From Felis catus (taxonomy: Eukaryota): a DNA stretch of 64,000 bases. The position numbers and the translations under genes are program-made. The notes under the pieces were generated by a model. It ran no database searches. It was given only the letters and a program-made list of their open reading frames with translations, and was not told where the DNA came from. The stretch is taken from positions 27,714,001-27,778,000 of the forward strand of contig NC_058379.1 in the NCBI RefSeq assembly GCF_018350175.1, in the 5' to 3' direction. Of this stretch, positions 38,078 to 50,477 are shown in pieces (position 1 is the first letter of the stretch; each line of letters opens with the position of its first letter).

Positions 38078-41000
38078 GTAACACCCCAGTGAGTCAGGAA
38101 GGGTGAAAATGGCCAAGTTGGGAAACAATCAAGGGGCCTTGGTGGACCACAAGCCAGCATTGAATTGAATGATTTATTGCAAGACTTCCTGGGACTTCCG
38201 AGGAGGGGAGGAAAATGGGACCCCAAGGGGGGCTGGAAGTCTCACTTGGGTGTGTAGGACACCAAGTGATGAATGGGCAGGACACAGCCCAATCCTCAGA
38301 ATGGCACCCTCCACTCAAGTGAGTCCTCAGAGCCCAGGCAGCTGGGCAAGGTCTGTTCTGAGCAGCTCAGTGGTCACCCTGGTGACCCTGAGGGTTTTGC
38401 CAGTCCTGGAGTCTCCTTGCCATGGTATTCTCCTTCGTCACATGCATCAGTGAGTCAGCCCTAGGGCAAGGCTCGAGCAAGGCCCCAGGCTCTGACTGCA
38501 GCTCAGAGGGTGACCTAGAATGCTCAATTTCCCCACCAGCCATTGCCCTTAGACTGGGCTCAGGCCCCAACTCAGCCCCAAGATGCATGGAGCCTTGTCT
38601 GCTCTGAGGCCAGGCCCTGAGAACTTTAAAGTCAGGAGTCAGATGGCCAGGACTCTTCCTTCCACCACTGTATCCCAGTGCCTGATCTGCAGATGGGGCA
38701 GGAAGAGCACCGGCTTATGGAGTGGTAGGAGCAGAATGAGAAAATGTGGGATACCTGGAGTTTGGTGTGATTTTTCAGTTCATATTGTTACTTTTCAGTT
38801 CATATTATTGACTGAGGCACAAAGCAGGTGATAGGCAGGGCAGAGCTGTCCCTGGTGGCTCCCTGGGTAGGAGTCCACCCTACAGGACTTCTACTGTTGC
38901 CCCTTCTCACTACCTGTCCCAGAGGCCTGGGGTGTCATGGCCTACTGAGTCTTCAGGGTTTCTCAGAATGACCCTAGAGGATCCTGCCAGTAGTGTTCTC
39001 AGTTTCCCTGGCTCACTTCCATGAGCAGGCATAGCACCATTGCCTTCCAAAACCTGGCAGCCACACCTCCTCACGGTGTGTCCCCCAGTACATGCTCTGG
39101 TCACTGGGCCCCAGCTCCAGGGAACCAGATAGGCTGCTGGCAGCTTGGGGCAGCCTGGACCTCTGTGGCTGGACAGAAAGGTATTGGTCTCGATTGAGAC
39201 TGACCCATTTGGGCTAGCTTTGCCTAGCTAGGGCATGGAGGGCTCAGAAGCAACAGCCTGTGTCAGGTTGGGGGACCTGGCGAGTGATCTTAACCCCAAG
39301 AGCCTTGATGTACTCATTTGTCTGTGGGCAATCCACATACACAGCTCAGCGTGGCATACAGTCAGACATGTCTCCAGAGGGCCCAGACCCACCAGCAGCC
39401 CCCACCATTGGGGAGCTGTCTTTCCAAGCCCCTGGTGCTGAGGTGGGCCACAGAGCCAGTCCATAGGAAGCCAGGCCTGAGGCAGGATGGGGCTAGGTGT
39501 AAGAGCCACCCCCTCCACCCCCTGGATCTCAGGCACTCCAAAGGGTGAGGCCTGTACCCCCAGATGTGGTTGGGGAGCAGAGCAGCCCAGCTGGGGCACA
39601 CAGGGACAGTGGCAGTCAGTGACCTTGAGGCTATCCTTCAGGCGCCAGGCTCTCTATCTAGTCCTCCCAGGCCGGAAAGGTCTTTAGCCTCCAGCCCAGA
39701 GGGTTGATGCCCCCACAGAAAGATGTTCCCATAGCCTGGAGCTGCCCTGGCTTCCTTGGGGCTGTGAACTAAAGACCTCAGGCCACCACCCCTCCCGACC
39801 CCTCCCCACCCACTGCCCTCCCGGCCAGCCTTTGGTTTTCTGTCTCTTGGGAGGAGATGGTTTTCTCAGGGTGAGATCGGAGAGAGCATGTGTTCCCAGG
39901 GCTGTGGCTGGACTGGCAGGGCTGATGGGGACATTGGGGGAGGTGGGGCCATATCCGCTGGCTAGGCCTGGCAGCCTTGATGCCAAAACTGCTTCCCAGA
40001 TTTGTCTCAGCAAGAGATGCCCAGTGACCTACCTGCTGAGCCCAGGGCTTCCTGGAGCTGGTCTTCAGGGTCAAAGCTGGAATCTGTGAAGCTCAGGGCC
40101 AGTGGCAGGACAGGTAGCTGGGGCTCAGGGGTTGAGAGGCTAAGGGCTACTGCCATGCTCCCCAGATTGTGCCACTGTCATGGCCACCTGCCCTTAATCC
40201 TCCAGCAGGAAGAGCTCCACCCCACCAAACAGCTGGCTGGAGCAGGGCTGGCCCTCACCAGCCCTCACCAGCCCTTATTGGCCTCTCCTCATGGGAGAAC
40301 ACCTTTAGTAACCTTGCCAGCCCTGGGTTAGGCCAAGGTGGGTATGTGGCTGGGGCACTAGCAGCTGGTGAAATTTGGGAGAAGGCCGAAGCAGCTCAAA
40401 TGTAAGTTCCTCAGGGGAGTGGTCCAGTTCCTCCTGCTGCTGCTCCTATCCCAGGTGGCTCCATGTAAGGTTGCCATGGATGGAGGATACAGGGGCCAGT
40501 GGTCAGGGCAACTCATCCCTGTGCAGATGGGAAAACTGAGGCTCAGATCCACATGCAGTGGATAACCCAGAGTGCTTGAGTATGCTGGCTGCATGGCCTA
40601 TGTACATGACATGTCCAGGAAGAAGAGTGGCCCCTGGGGGACTGGCTGGGTTTTCTGAGTGGGGTCTAGGGAGAAGCGGGAGGGGGCAGGAAGCCCAGGC
40701 CCTGCCCTTCTCTCTTGCCAGACCCATGGACCTCCTTGGGCTTGCCCTTGCTGTTATTCATCTCAGAGCCTAGTGCCCTTATTCATGATATAAGAGTCAT
40801 TGGCTTGCCTTTGTAGGGTATGACCCAGGAGAGCCCCAGCCCAAACCAGCCTTCTGTGTCTGTGTTTCCATCCAGGACAGCCAGACTCCCCAGGGTGTGG
40901 CCGTACCTTCATGCTAGGCTGGAGTGCACCCTGGTTTGGAGAAGCTCTGATTAAACCAGACCCTCTGATACCACTCCCCACCCACCACTTCCCAGTGGAT

Positions 41001-41778
41001 CAAAGGCATGGAAGAGAGAGTGTCTGAAGCTAATTTGGCCTCAAGAGCTTTCACCCAGGGTCACCTAACAATTGAGCACCTCCCCACCCCCATTTGATCT
41101 GCTCTGACACCTATCAGAGAGTGGGGGGCCTCTGTATCTTGATGGGGAGAACCCAAGACAAGTAGATCAGTGCAGGTCCATTTGGCAGGCCCCAACTGAG
41201 CTCTGTGGGGGTCCGTCATGGGGTTTTGGGCAAGGGCCTGGACCAGATCTGGAAGTCCCGAGAGACCTTGTGGTGCTGACATCGTTGTAACAACTGTCTG
41301 ATCAGCCCTCATTTCACAGCAGGGGACAACTAGTCGAAGTTAGAGCAGCTTGTACTATTGAGGATGGCTGCATTGGCCCCTGCTCTGCCAGAATTGTTTC
41401 CCCAATTCTACACGGGGAGGGGCCCGTGAACTCTTATACTGGAGGCAAAATGAGTCCTGGGAAGCAGGACTTGGCCAAAGTCACTCGGCGGGAAAATGTC
41501 ACCCCAACGGTGGGGAGGAGAGGAACGAGGAGCCCAGACGCGCTGCCGCAGAGTTAGGGGCAACCCTGGCCCTGCCCTGGCTGCAGAGCCGAGCTCTGCG
41601 GGGGTAGGGGGCGGGACCTCGCCCCGCCCCACCGACCCCCGCCCCGCCCCGCCCCGCCTGGGCGCGGCCCCGCTCCATTGGCTGCTAGCCGTGACCGCCG
41701 CCAGATCCGCCCCCGCGGGGAGCGAGTCCGCCGAGCCCGAGCCCGAGCGGCCGAGGCGCCGGAGCCGATCCCGGTTCA

Positions 41779-41829
41779 GCTGCCGCCGCCGCTGCCGTCG
41801 CCGCTGCCGCCGCCGCCGCCGCCGCCGCC
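41779..41829 (+). repeat. Interrupted GCC trinucleotide repeat (17 triplets; pure (GCC)8 at 41806-41829)
   Basis: Read directly; lies in the 5' leader of the alternative first exon. Confidence 0.95.
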
Positions 41830-41872
41830 CTTAACGACCCGAGCCCCCCATCCCCCCGCCGAGCCCGGCCCG

Positions 41873-41893
41873 ATGCCGGCCGAACTCAGACAG
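41873..41893 (+). CDS. ARVCF: ARVCF alternative first exon, coding part MPAELRQ
   Basis: ATG CCG GCC GAA CTC AGA CAG|GTTGGA within the CpG island; the phase-0 donor is compatible with the phase-0 acceptor of exon 4. Confidence 0.75.
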
Positions 41894-42089
41894 GTTGGAG
41901 GGAACTCGGTCCCAGGCTTGGGGGCACAATCCCTGGGGCCCGGCGGCGGAGGGCGGGGCGCCGGCCTTCTCGGGAGGACCTGCTTTTGTTCCGTGGAGCT
42001 GCCGGCCGAAGGCGGCTATTGTCTGTGCCTCGGACCGGCGCCGCCGTTCGGCCCGGGGCGGGCGGGGCGGTGGAGTGAGCGCGATGCCC

Positions 42090-42091
<2 letters not shown>

Positions 42092-42137
<46 letters not shown>
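42092..42137. repeat. (GT)23 perfect microsatellite
   Basis: Read directly. Confidence 0.97.
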
Positions 42138-42139
<2 letters not shown>

Positions 42140-43191
42140 AAGGCGCGGGGTGGGGCCACGAGGTCTCTGGGGATCGGGTGCAAGGACCCCAGGCGGTGCG
42201 ACTCCGCGCCAAGAAGAAGGCAGGGATCGGGGTGGGTGCACCGTAAGGCAGCGCCCAGGACAGGTGCCTAGGTCTTGGGTGGTGGGTGAGAGACTTCCTG
42301 AGCAGCCGCTCCGTGCAGGAGGGATGCCGAGTCAAGAGAGAGCAGCCGGGCTAGGCCTCCTGCTCCCTGGGGAGCTTGGTGGGCCTCCCCTCCCCTTCAC
42401 ACTCCCAGCGCGGGCTCTGACTCTGGGGACCTGAGAAGGAGCTTCCGGAGCTTTAATGGAAGCCCTGTCGGCCTCGGCAGCGCACGTGAGGGGAGGAGTG
42501 GAGGAGGGCCCTGCCCACGTGCGGAGGCGGGAGGGGGTCTCTGAGGGAAACCCGGTCAGTCAGCCTCCCAGTACTGGGATGGAGCTGGAAGGAGGCGTGT
42601 GGGCTACCCGCACCTTGTACTCAGAGGGTTTGTGGTCCAGTAACAGGCAGGGAAACTGAGGCTGACTGGAGGAGCAACTGCCCCAGGCCCTTTGTGATTA
42701 GGGGGTAGATCACTCCTGCCTACCTTTGGCAGCTGGGTTTCTGCTTGCTGTGCATCTCTGGTATGGCCCCTAGGGTCTGGCCAGTGACTGTCCCAGAGAT
42801 GTAGGGGTCAGCTGGGGGGAGTTGGGGCCATTGTGTAGCTGTTGCATGTGGGCTGGGCTTGGAGAAACTGCGATGGGTGAAGCCAGCCCTGCTATCCCCT
42901 GCAACGCTGCAACCAGTGGTGTCTGCTGGGCACCAACTGCCCCCTGGCCTCTTGGCCACTCAGTGTAGACTGCAAGCCCTGGCAGGTGGACTGCTGCTGT
43001 GGAGGTGTGAGCTCCCCACCTGCCAGGGCTGGGCAGAGGCTGTGGGCATCAAGAGAGGACATCTGTGGTAGCCAAGGGCTCACTCTCTGGTGAGAGACCC
43101 AGCCTGGATTGTCTTGGACTCTATCCGTGATGACTGGGCTGGGGGTGGAGGGGGCAGGGGGACACTTTCATTCCTTTACTCTTCCCACTCG

Positions 43192-43235
43192 TTCATTCAT
43201 TCATTCATTCATTCATTCATTCATTCATTTATTCA
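43192..43235. repeat. (TTCA)n tetranucleotide repeat
   Basis: Read directly; typical of L2 tails. Confidence 0.9.
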
Positions 43236-46200
43236 GTACCAGCTGTCTTGCGCCCTCTGTGAGCCAGGACTGGGGATTGTGGGAACCAGGTATGGCATCC
43301 CACCTTAACGCATTCCCTGTGTGCAGGTGAAACCGTGGACAGGGTGGGGCACCTGCCCTGAGGTTTGTTTTTCATGATACATACCATGAGTTCTCATCTA
43401 TCAAGTGCAGTTGGTGAGCCTCTGCGACCCCAGTGCAGACTCCACCATTATAACTTGGCTTGTATCCCTGTTCCTTCTCTCTGCCATTCCCACATGTACC
43501 TCAGAGGTTGTTGTGGGCTTTTGCCCAGGTGGCTGCCCCTCTACACATTGTCCCACATTGTTTCCTACTCCCCACATTTCTTAGATCAGGCCACAAAGGT
43601 GGGACTGGCACTATCCCCCTTGTCCCATGGCCTTGATACCCTGGGTACTTCCCACTTCCAGATGAGGAAGCTGAGCTCCAGGTGTGTGACAGAGCCTAGG
43701 GCCCTCTTGCTATGCCCAGCTCCATGCCTCTGGGGACCCTCTCGAGAGCAGTGGTGACTTGTGGGTTTACCTTTCTGAGTACTGGCCACTCTGGCTCTGG
43801 GCTTGGAGTCTTGGGCCACGCCCCTCCCACAAGTTCAAGGGAGCCCATGGGAAACCCCAGGTCTGGACAGGAGCCCCACTCTGGGCCAGACCTGTGGGCC
43901 ATGGACGAGGTAGACCATGGATGGGAGTGCCAGGGGATAGTTTGGGCCCTGGAGGTAGGTAATGGGAGGCAGGTCAGTGGTCCCAGGAAGAGGGGCAAGA
44001 ATGAAGTTAGGGCTGGGGAAAGGTGACGAGACAGTCGACAGGATTTGGCAAGATTTGGGATATGGAGAAGGGCTAAGGATGGTGTGTCCAGGCTGGTGCC
44101 CGTGTCTGGGGTGCAGGGGGGAACCTCAGGTGCAGGGCCAGGGGTCCCTGGGGTATGCTGTAGGTGGACCTGCAGCCCTAGACCAGTGTCTTGAAGCCAG
44201 TTGAGGGGATGCATTCACCCTGGGCAACTGCCTCTATTGAGTGCTAACTGTGTGCTGGTCATCAGTCCATCCCATGTCACTACCCCAAAGACGTTATAGA
44301 GGCCTGAGCATCAGGTTGACCTTGGGCCTGTCCCTACTGTAGGCTTTTGGTTCCCCACTCTGCTGCCAGCTCTGAAACTCCCATAGTGAGTGGTTGAGTG
44401 GATGTCTAGGGAGTTGGACACAGAGATAGGAGGTAGGAGGAGGTGATGGGATGTGTTCATATGTGCAAGTCCCTCCGGAGGCAGTGGGCACTGTGCACTG
44501 GGGGCTGTTAGGGTTGATGTGCTTGGGTCTGTGCACTGGGCTGGGTGCTCATACATACGTATGTATATGTGCATACATCCCTGTTGGAGGAACCAGGTAC
44601 ATGCATGTGTATCTAGGTCCTTATCTGCATGTGTGCCCAGGAGTGTGTAACGGGGGCCAGGCCTTCCTGTGATCACAGGCTGACTCACGCTCCTGCCTGC
44701 CCGCCCGTCTGGGTGAAGTCATCACCCATTTTTAGCTCCCTGAGGTCATTTGCCAGTGGGGCTCTTGGGGCCTCAGGATCCCACTACCGGGCTGCCTGGG
44801 TTGGGTATTAGTAGGCGATGCTGCAGGGTTGCCAGACCTCATTGGTGGGGGGTGGGGGGGTGAACTTGGCTCTCCTAGACCTGCATCCCTTTGTCCCCCC
44901 ACTGCACTGTGTCAGACCCTCACCATAGACTAGAGTGAGAATAAACTGAGCCTCAGAGTAGCATTGAGGTCTGAGGTTTGCTTACTCCTCCTCCTCCCTC
45001 CTCACACTCAGCCCCTAACCAGGGAGTAGGAGGCTCTTCTCTGAGAGTGTTAATTATGCAAATGTATGCAAGTCTACTCAGGGCCCATGCCCTCCTGACA
45101 GTGCTCTGGTCCCCTTCTGTCAGTCTTGCTCTGAACTCCTCCCCTTCACTTGCAGCCACCAACGTGTGGTCCTAGACCCCTCCACACCTGGCTCCCAGAG
45201 CCTGGCAGAGAGAGCTCAGTGCCTGCCACACATTTGCTCCCATAGTTGCCAAATACAGGTGGGGTAGCCGAGGCCTCAGCAGTGACAGGCTGTCCCTGAA
45301 TCTGCTCCAGAACTTTTCCCAATGCCCTCAGAGAAGAGGCCAGGCCACCTTGCCTGGCAGCTCACCAGCATGTCCCTATTTAGGGTCTCAGTTTATTCTC
45401 TTTCCCAGGGAACATGTTCCTCCTTCCTGGCCAGGTCCCCAACGGTCATTCCACCTGCAACACTGAGTGGCAACCAAGGCTGTGGCCCACAAGGGGTGAG
45501 GTGTAGCTAAAAGGCCTTGCGAAGTTTGCCTTTTCTGTGGATACCTGAAATTCCCCAGGTTTGTGAAGTCCTGGTCAATCCTCTCCCTTCTGTCAGGCCT
45601 CAATTTTCCTTTTTATAAAATCACATATTGTTGTCCTCCGAGGTCCTGCTTCTGGGAGAAGAGGCTGCATTCTGTGATTTCTTCCTTCCTGTGTCACCAG
45701 AACCCAGGGGATACACCTGTTCTGACATGGTCCAGGCATCTCTCTGGACCCCTGAAGAGTTTTCAGGGGCCCAGAACCTCAACAACTATGTTCAGTTAAG
45801 CATTTTTTTTCAGGTCAGGACACTAACCTGAGGAGATTTCACACCCTGAGAACCTAGGGAGGCAGACCCTAGGGCAGCTGTGGACACTTAGCCTTACACA
45901 CTGCTCAGGCCCAGGGCCAGGAACAGAGTAGGGGTCTGGTGGCAGGCAGATATGAGTATGGCCTTCCCTGGGCCTCAGCTCCATTTCTGTGTAGGCCTCA
46001 GAGGCCTGGGGCCCAGACGGGGGACTGATCCTTCAAGGCACAGTATCTGAGCCACAGAACAGGTCCTGTCCTCCTGCTGACCTGGCCCTGGCTGCCCAGG
46101 AATGTGCCCCCACTTGCCTGCCCACTGCAGCTTGGGTTTCAGCCCCTACCCATCCTGGCCAGATGCTATCCTAGGACATTGGCGTGGTGTGGAGGACCCA

Positions 46201-47246
46201 TGTAGTCAGAGGCCCAGGGGTAGATAGACTTTGGCTCTCAGGCCCCTTTGCCAATCAGCACAGCAGGAGTCTGCTCAGCTCTGCTATGGACTGGCCTGTC
46301 CTCCTTGAGCCTCAGTTTCTCCACTGGCAAGTCGGGCCATAGGCATATGGGCCTTAAGAGGGCCTTGTCCAGAGCCATCTTGCCTGTAATTCTACCATGG
46401 TCAGCCCCTGCAGAGAGGAAGGCAAGGGGGGGCTGCAGGTTGAGAATGAGGTGGGTGACTGAGGTTGGAGAGACTTGGGGAGAGGTATGTGGGGAGGGGA
46501 CCAGGATTCCTGTCAGGGACCAACTAGGTACACCTGGCCTGAATTCACCATCTCTGGGCTCTGATAGAACACTCAGCATTTCGAGGGGGGGCACCAACCA
46601 TTGGGCCAAATGAGGTAGGGCCAGGCTGTGCCCACTCAACACCCCACGAGTGTCCAGGCCGGAAGGAGCAAGGGTATTTTGGGCATTCTGGGAACTGGGT
46701 ATTTCTGTCCTGCGAGGGCGTCTAGCTGGCCTTGGGAACAGTGGGAGCCTGGGCGTGGCCACGAGGAGTCAGTGAGCAGTGCTGAAACTGCTATCCCAAG
46801 GCCTCTGCACTGGAGGCTTCTGGGGTGGGTCAGGGAGGAGGCCCAGGATACTGGGAGGGCCCAGCCAGGGCTAGTGAGCCATGTCAGGAGAGCAACGTGC
46901 AGATCCCACCAACTTCCTTGCCCCACCAGGAACCTGTAGCAGCCAGGAACCTTGCAGCTCAGACAGGGCTGCCCAAGACTGCACTACTGGGGTCAGGGGC
47001 TTCATCTGCCAACTCAGCCCAAGGAGGCCCCAGCATTGGGGAAGGTCAGCCCCCAGGGCACCCATGGTATTCAGAGACAAGACTGGAGCTGCTGTCTTCA
47101 CTAGCTGTTTCTGAGACAGGCCTTGGGGTCCATGGGTTCCAGGGGTAGGATGAAGGCACTCCTGGCATCTAGGCCAGTACAAGCATCTGCACTCCAGGGC
47201 CGGGTGAACTGTGGCTCCTCACACTGACAGCCCCCGTCTTGCCCAG

Positions 47247-47405
47247 GAACAGAGCCCGGGCAGCCAGGCCTCGCTGGCCACAATGCCAGAGGCGCCCGAG
47301 GTGCTGGAGGAGACTGTGACGGTAGAGGAGGACCCTGGTACACCTACTTCTCACGTGTCCATTGTCACATCAGAAGATGGTACTACCCGGCGCACTGAGA
47401 CCAAG
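47247..47405 (+). CDS. ARVCF: ARVCF exon 4 (EQSPGSQASLATMPEAPEVLEETVTVEED...TETK)
   Basis: AG|...|GTATGG; 159 nt; phase 0-0. Confidence 0.97.
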
Positions 47406-47583
47406 GTATGGCGGGGCCCAGGCAATGGGCAAGTAGGCTGTGTAGCCATAGTTCCATTTATAGGGTGGCCTCCCAGGGGCCACCTATTGCTCAGGTGGAA
47501 GATCTAGGCCACCCTGGCCCTGCTGGGGCAGTGTCCAGGCCTCTCAGGCTGCCCAGCCCATTGGCCACCCACTTACCCACCAG

Positions 47584-48107
47584 GTCACCAAGACGGTCAA
47601 GACGGTGACCACGAGAACAGTGCGCCAAGTGCCTGTAGGCCCAGATGGCCTCCCCCTGCTGGACGGCGGCCCCCCGCTAGGCCCCTTCGCAGATGGCCCC
47701 CTGGACCGGCACTTCCTGCTACGTGGGGGTGGCCCAGCAGCCACGCTTTCCCGTGCCTACCTCAGCAGTGGGGGCAGCTTTACCGACGGCACTGAGCCCC
47801 GTGATGTCCCCAGCTACGGCAGTCTATCCCGTGGGCTGGGTGTGCGGCCCCCACGTGGCCCCCTTGGCCCAGGCCCTGTGGATGGTTGCTTCACACTGCC
47901 TGGCCGACGTGAGGCCTTCCCTGCAGGCCCTGAGCCTGTGCCGCCAGCCGGCCGCTCCCAGCCCGAGCGCTTTCAGGCGGAACCATATGGTTTGGAGGAT
48001 GACACACGCAGCCTGGCTGCCGATGACGAGGGTGGCCCGGAGCTGGAGCCTGACTATGGCACTGCCACTAGGAGGAGGCCTGAGTGTGGGCGTGGCTTTC
48101 GTACCAG
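47584..48107 (+). CDS. ARVCF: ARVCF exon 5 (VTKTVKTVTTRTVRQ...EPYGLEDD...RTR)
   Basis: AG|...AG|GTGAGC; 524 nt; phase 0-2; EPYGLEDD motif of the p120 family. Confidence 0.97.
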
Positions 48108-49130
48108 GTGAGCACCCTGTGTCCGGCCACTGACTGCCTCCAGGAAGTCTGCCTTCCACTCCCCCACCAGAGAATCCTCCACAGGAAGTATAGCTGCCAG
48201 GGCTAAGTTACACATGTTAGTTTGAATTGGACTGAGCTCTTTTCAAAGACAGCAATAGGGCAGCCTCTGGGATGGTGGAGTTGCAGTTGGTACCCTCCCT
48301 GTGGGTCTAGGACATTAGGGAGGTTAGTGACAGTGCCCAGTGCCTGCTAGCCCTGTTCTAGTCAGATAACCATGAAGACATGAGCACAAGAGGCTTAGCA
48401 CATTTCTCTGAGTTTGAGGCTCCAGCCTTTCCCTGGGCCTCAGTTTCCCCTACAAAAGCAGCCAGAACCTAAGCCACCCAGCTTTTCCCAGCACAGGCTC
48501 TGGTTCTGTCATCTCTGCCCTCAGTTCCTCTATCTGTAGAGTGGGAACGTGATCACAGCCTTCATATGGATTGTGCTGTGTGACCGCAGACAAGACACCT
48601 GACCCCCTCCTAGCCTTAATCTCTGCCCTAGGAAGTGGGTTTGATGATGACAACCCACAGAGACATCTTATGCTCTGGGGGACTGGTGGCCTGAATGCCC
48701 CTCATAGAGTCCCACCAGGATGGCTGTGTGCAGGGGAGGGTCACCTCCTACCTGCAGATCCTGGCAGATCCTGCATCGCAGAGATGGGCCTCATGGAAAG
48801 GCGGGACTCCCAGTCATGGACACAGATGTTTCATAGAAACGCATTTAGCTCAGAATTGGGGAACACTGCATGGTGATGAGAGTGAGTGAGCTCCCTGATG
48901 CAAGCCTTGGTAACCATTGGCTGGTGTTTGGCTCCATCATTGTCTGGGAGTCCGTTCTTGCTGGCCTAGGTCATGACTCTCAGCACCCACTCGGTGCTTG
49001 GGGTCAAATACCAAGGTTATTGGCCTATCCCTGCCCTTAATGGGTTCATGGTCCCCTGGAGAAAGTATAGTGATGCCACTCTGGAGCAGGCATCTTGTGA
49101 GATGTTCATGTGCCCTGCCTGCCTGCACAG

Positions 49131-49630
49131 GGCCTATGAGGATGTGGCAGATGATGGCGGTGAGCTGATGGAGGAGCGGCCCCCGTTTCCAGCTGCAACA
49201 GCACCCCTGGCCCAGCCAGAACGGGGCAGCCTGGGTAGCCTGGACCGGGTGGTACGGCGGTCGCCCTCAGTGGACAGCGCCCGTAAGGAGCCACGTTGGC
49301 GGGACCCTGAGCTGCCAGAGGTACTGGCCATGCTGCGGCACCCCGTGGATCCCGTGAAAGCCAACGCGGCTGCCTATCTGCAACACCTGTGCTTTGAGAA
49401 CGAGGGCATCAAGCGACGTGTGCGGCAGCTGCGGGGCCTGCCTCTGCTCGTCGCTCTGCTGGACCACCCAAGGGCAGAGGTGCGGCGGCGGGCCTGTGGG
49501 GCACTGCGAAACCTTTCCTATGGCCGAGATACAGACAACAAGGCTGCCATCCGCGACTGTGGCGGTGTGCCTGCCCTGGTGCGCCTACTGCGGGCTGCCC
49601 GGGACAATGAGGTTCGAGAGCTCGTCACAG
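49131..49630 (+). CDS. ARVCF: ARVCF exon 6 (start of the ARM repeats, [13 protein letters not shown]...[10 protein letters not shown]...ELVT)
   Basis: cacAG|...G|GTGAGT; 500 nt; phase 2-1; armadillo repeats. Confidence 0.98.
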
Positions 49631-50293
49631 GTGAGTGGTACCTGGCTTCCCCACATCCCTCAGAGAGGAGGAGAGCAAGGCTTGGCCAGAAAAAGACCCC
49701 CCCCCCCCACCACCCATTTAGTCAGGAGTCCCAGCTGCTGGGGGGTAGGCATCAGGCTCAGACTGAGTGGTCCCCAGTGTCTCTATCTCTGGACTTTGCT
49801 GCCCCTCAGGCAGGACCCCTCTCCACTTGCCCCCATGTCCCTGTACTCTCCAGGTCCATCGTCTTGGTCCCACCCTCCAGTGGGGCAGTGGTGAGTGATT
49901 GTGCCTCATGGGACCCAATTGGCCAGATAGGGTCACATGACCACTTTGGGTAGAGCCAATGGAGCAGTAGTCCCATCCACCCATGAGGTTGAGAAGGGAT
50001 GGAGGAAGAGAAAGTACCTGTGTGTCTAGCCACAGGCTCCTTGCCAGCCCTTCCTCTGTGTCCCAGCCCCTCTGGTGCTTCCTCCCAGCCAGTAGCTATT
50101 ATTGAGTGCCTGTGCACATCTTGCCTGGGCCAGGGTAGGCACCCAACACTCCTCATGGCTTTTGTCACTTCCTATCTTCTAGTCTGATGTAGGGCTGACG
50201 AAGGATGGGGCAGGTCCTGAGCAAGGTCACATGGGGAGGTAGGGAGGTCACTGCCTGTGTGGTCAGCACTGGCTGCTTGATGGCATCCTGCAG

Positions 50294-50477
50294 GTACACT
50301 CTGGAACTTGTCATCCTATGAGCCCCTGAAGATGGTCATCATTGATCACGGCCTGCAGACACTAACCCATGAGGTCATTGTGCCCCACTCGGGCTGGGAA
50401 CGTGAGCCCAACGAGGATTCCAAGCCAAGGGATGCTGAGTGGACAATAGTCTTCAAGAACACGTCAGGCTGCTTGAG
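50294..50477 (+). CDS. ARVCF: ARVCF exon 7 (GTLWNLSSYEPLK...NTSGCLR)
   Basis: 184 nt; phase 1-2; GT-AG. Confidence 0.97.

Larger units (their letters stand above)
41540..42560 (+). promoter_or_regulatory. ARVCF: Intragenic CpG island / alternative ARVCF promoter
   Basis: CpG-dense; stacked GCCCCGCCCC boxes at 41620-41660; inverted CCAAT at ~41677; GCC repeat. Confidence 0.85.

Noticed and set aside
38772-38806. 15-bp direct repeat TTTTCAGTTCATATT (period 20)
   Set aside because: A small local duplication with no evident function.
48973-49953. 326-aa ORF taken as a standalone gene
   Set aside because: It is ARVCF exon 6 plus read-through into the flanking introns.
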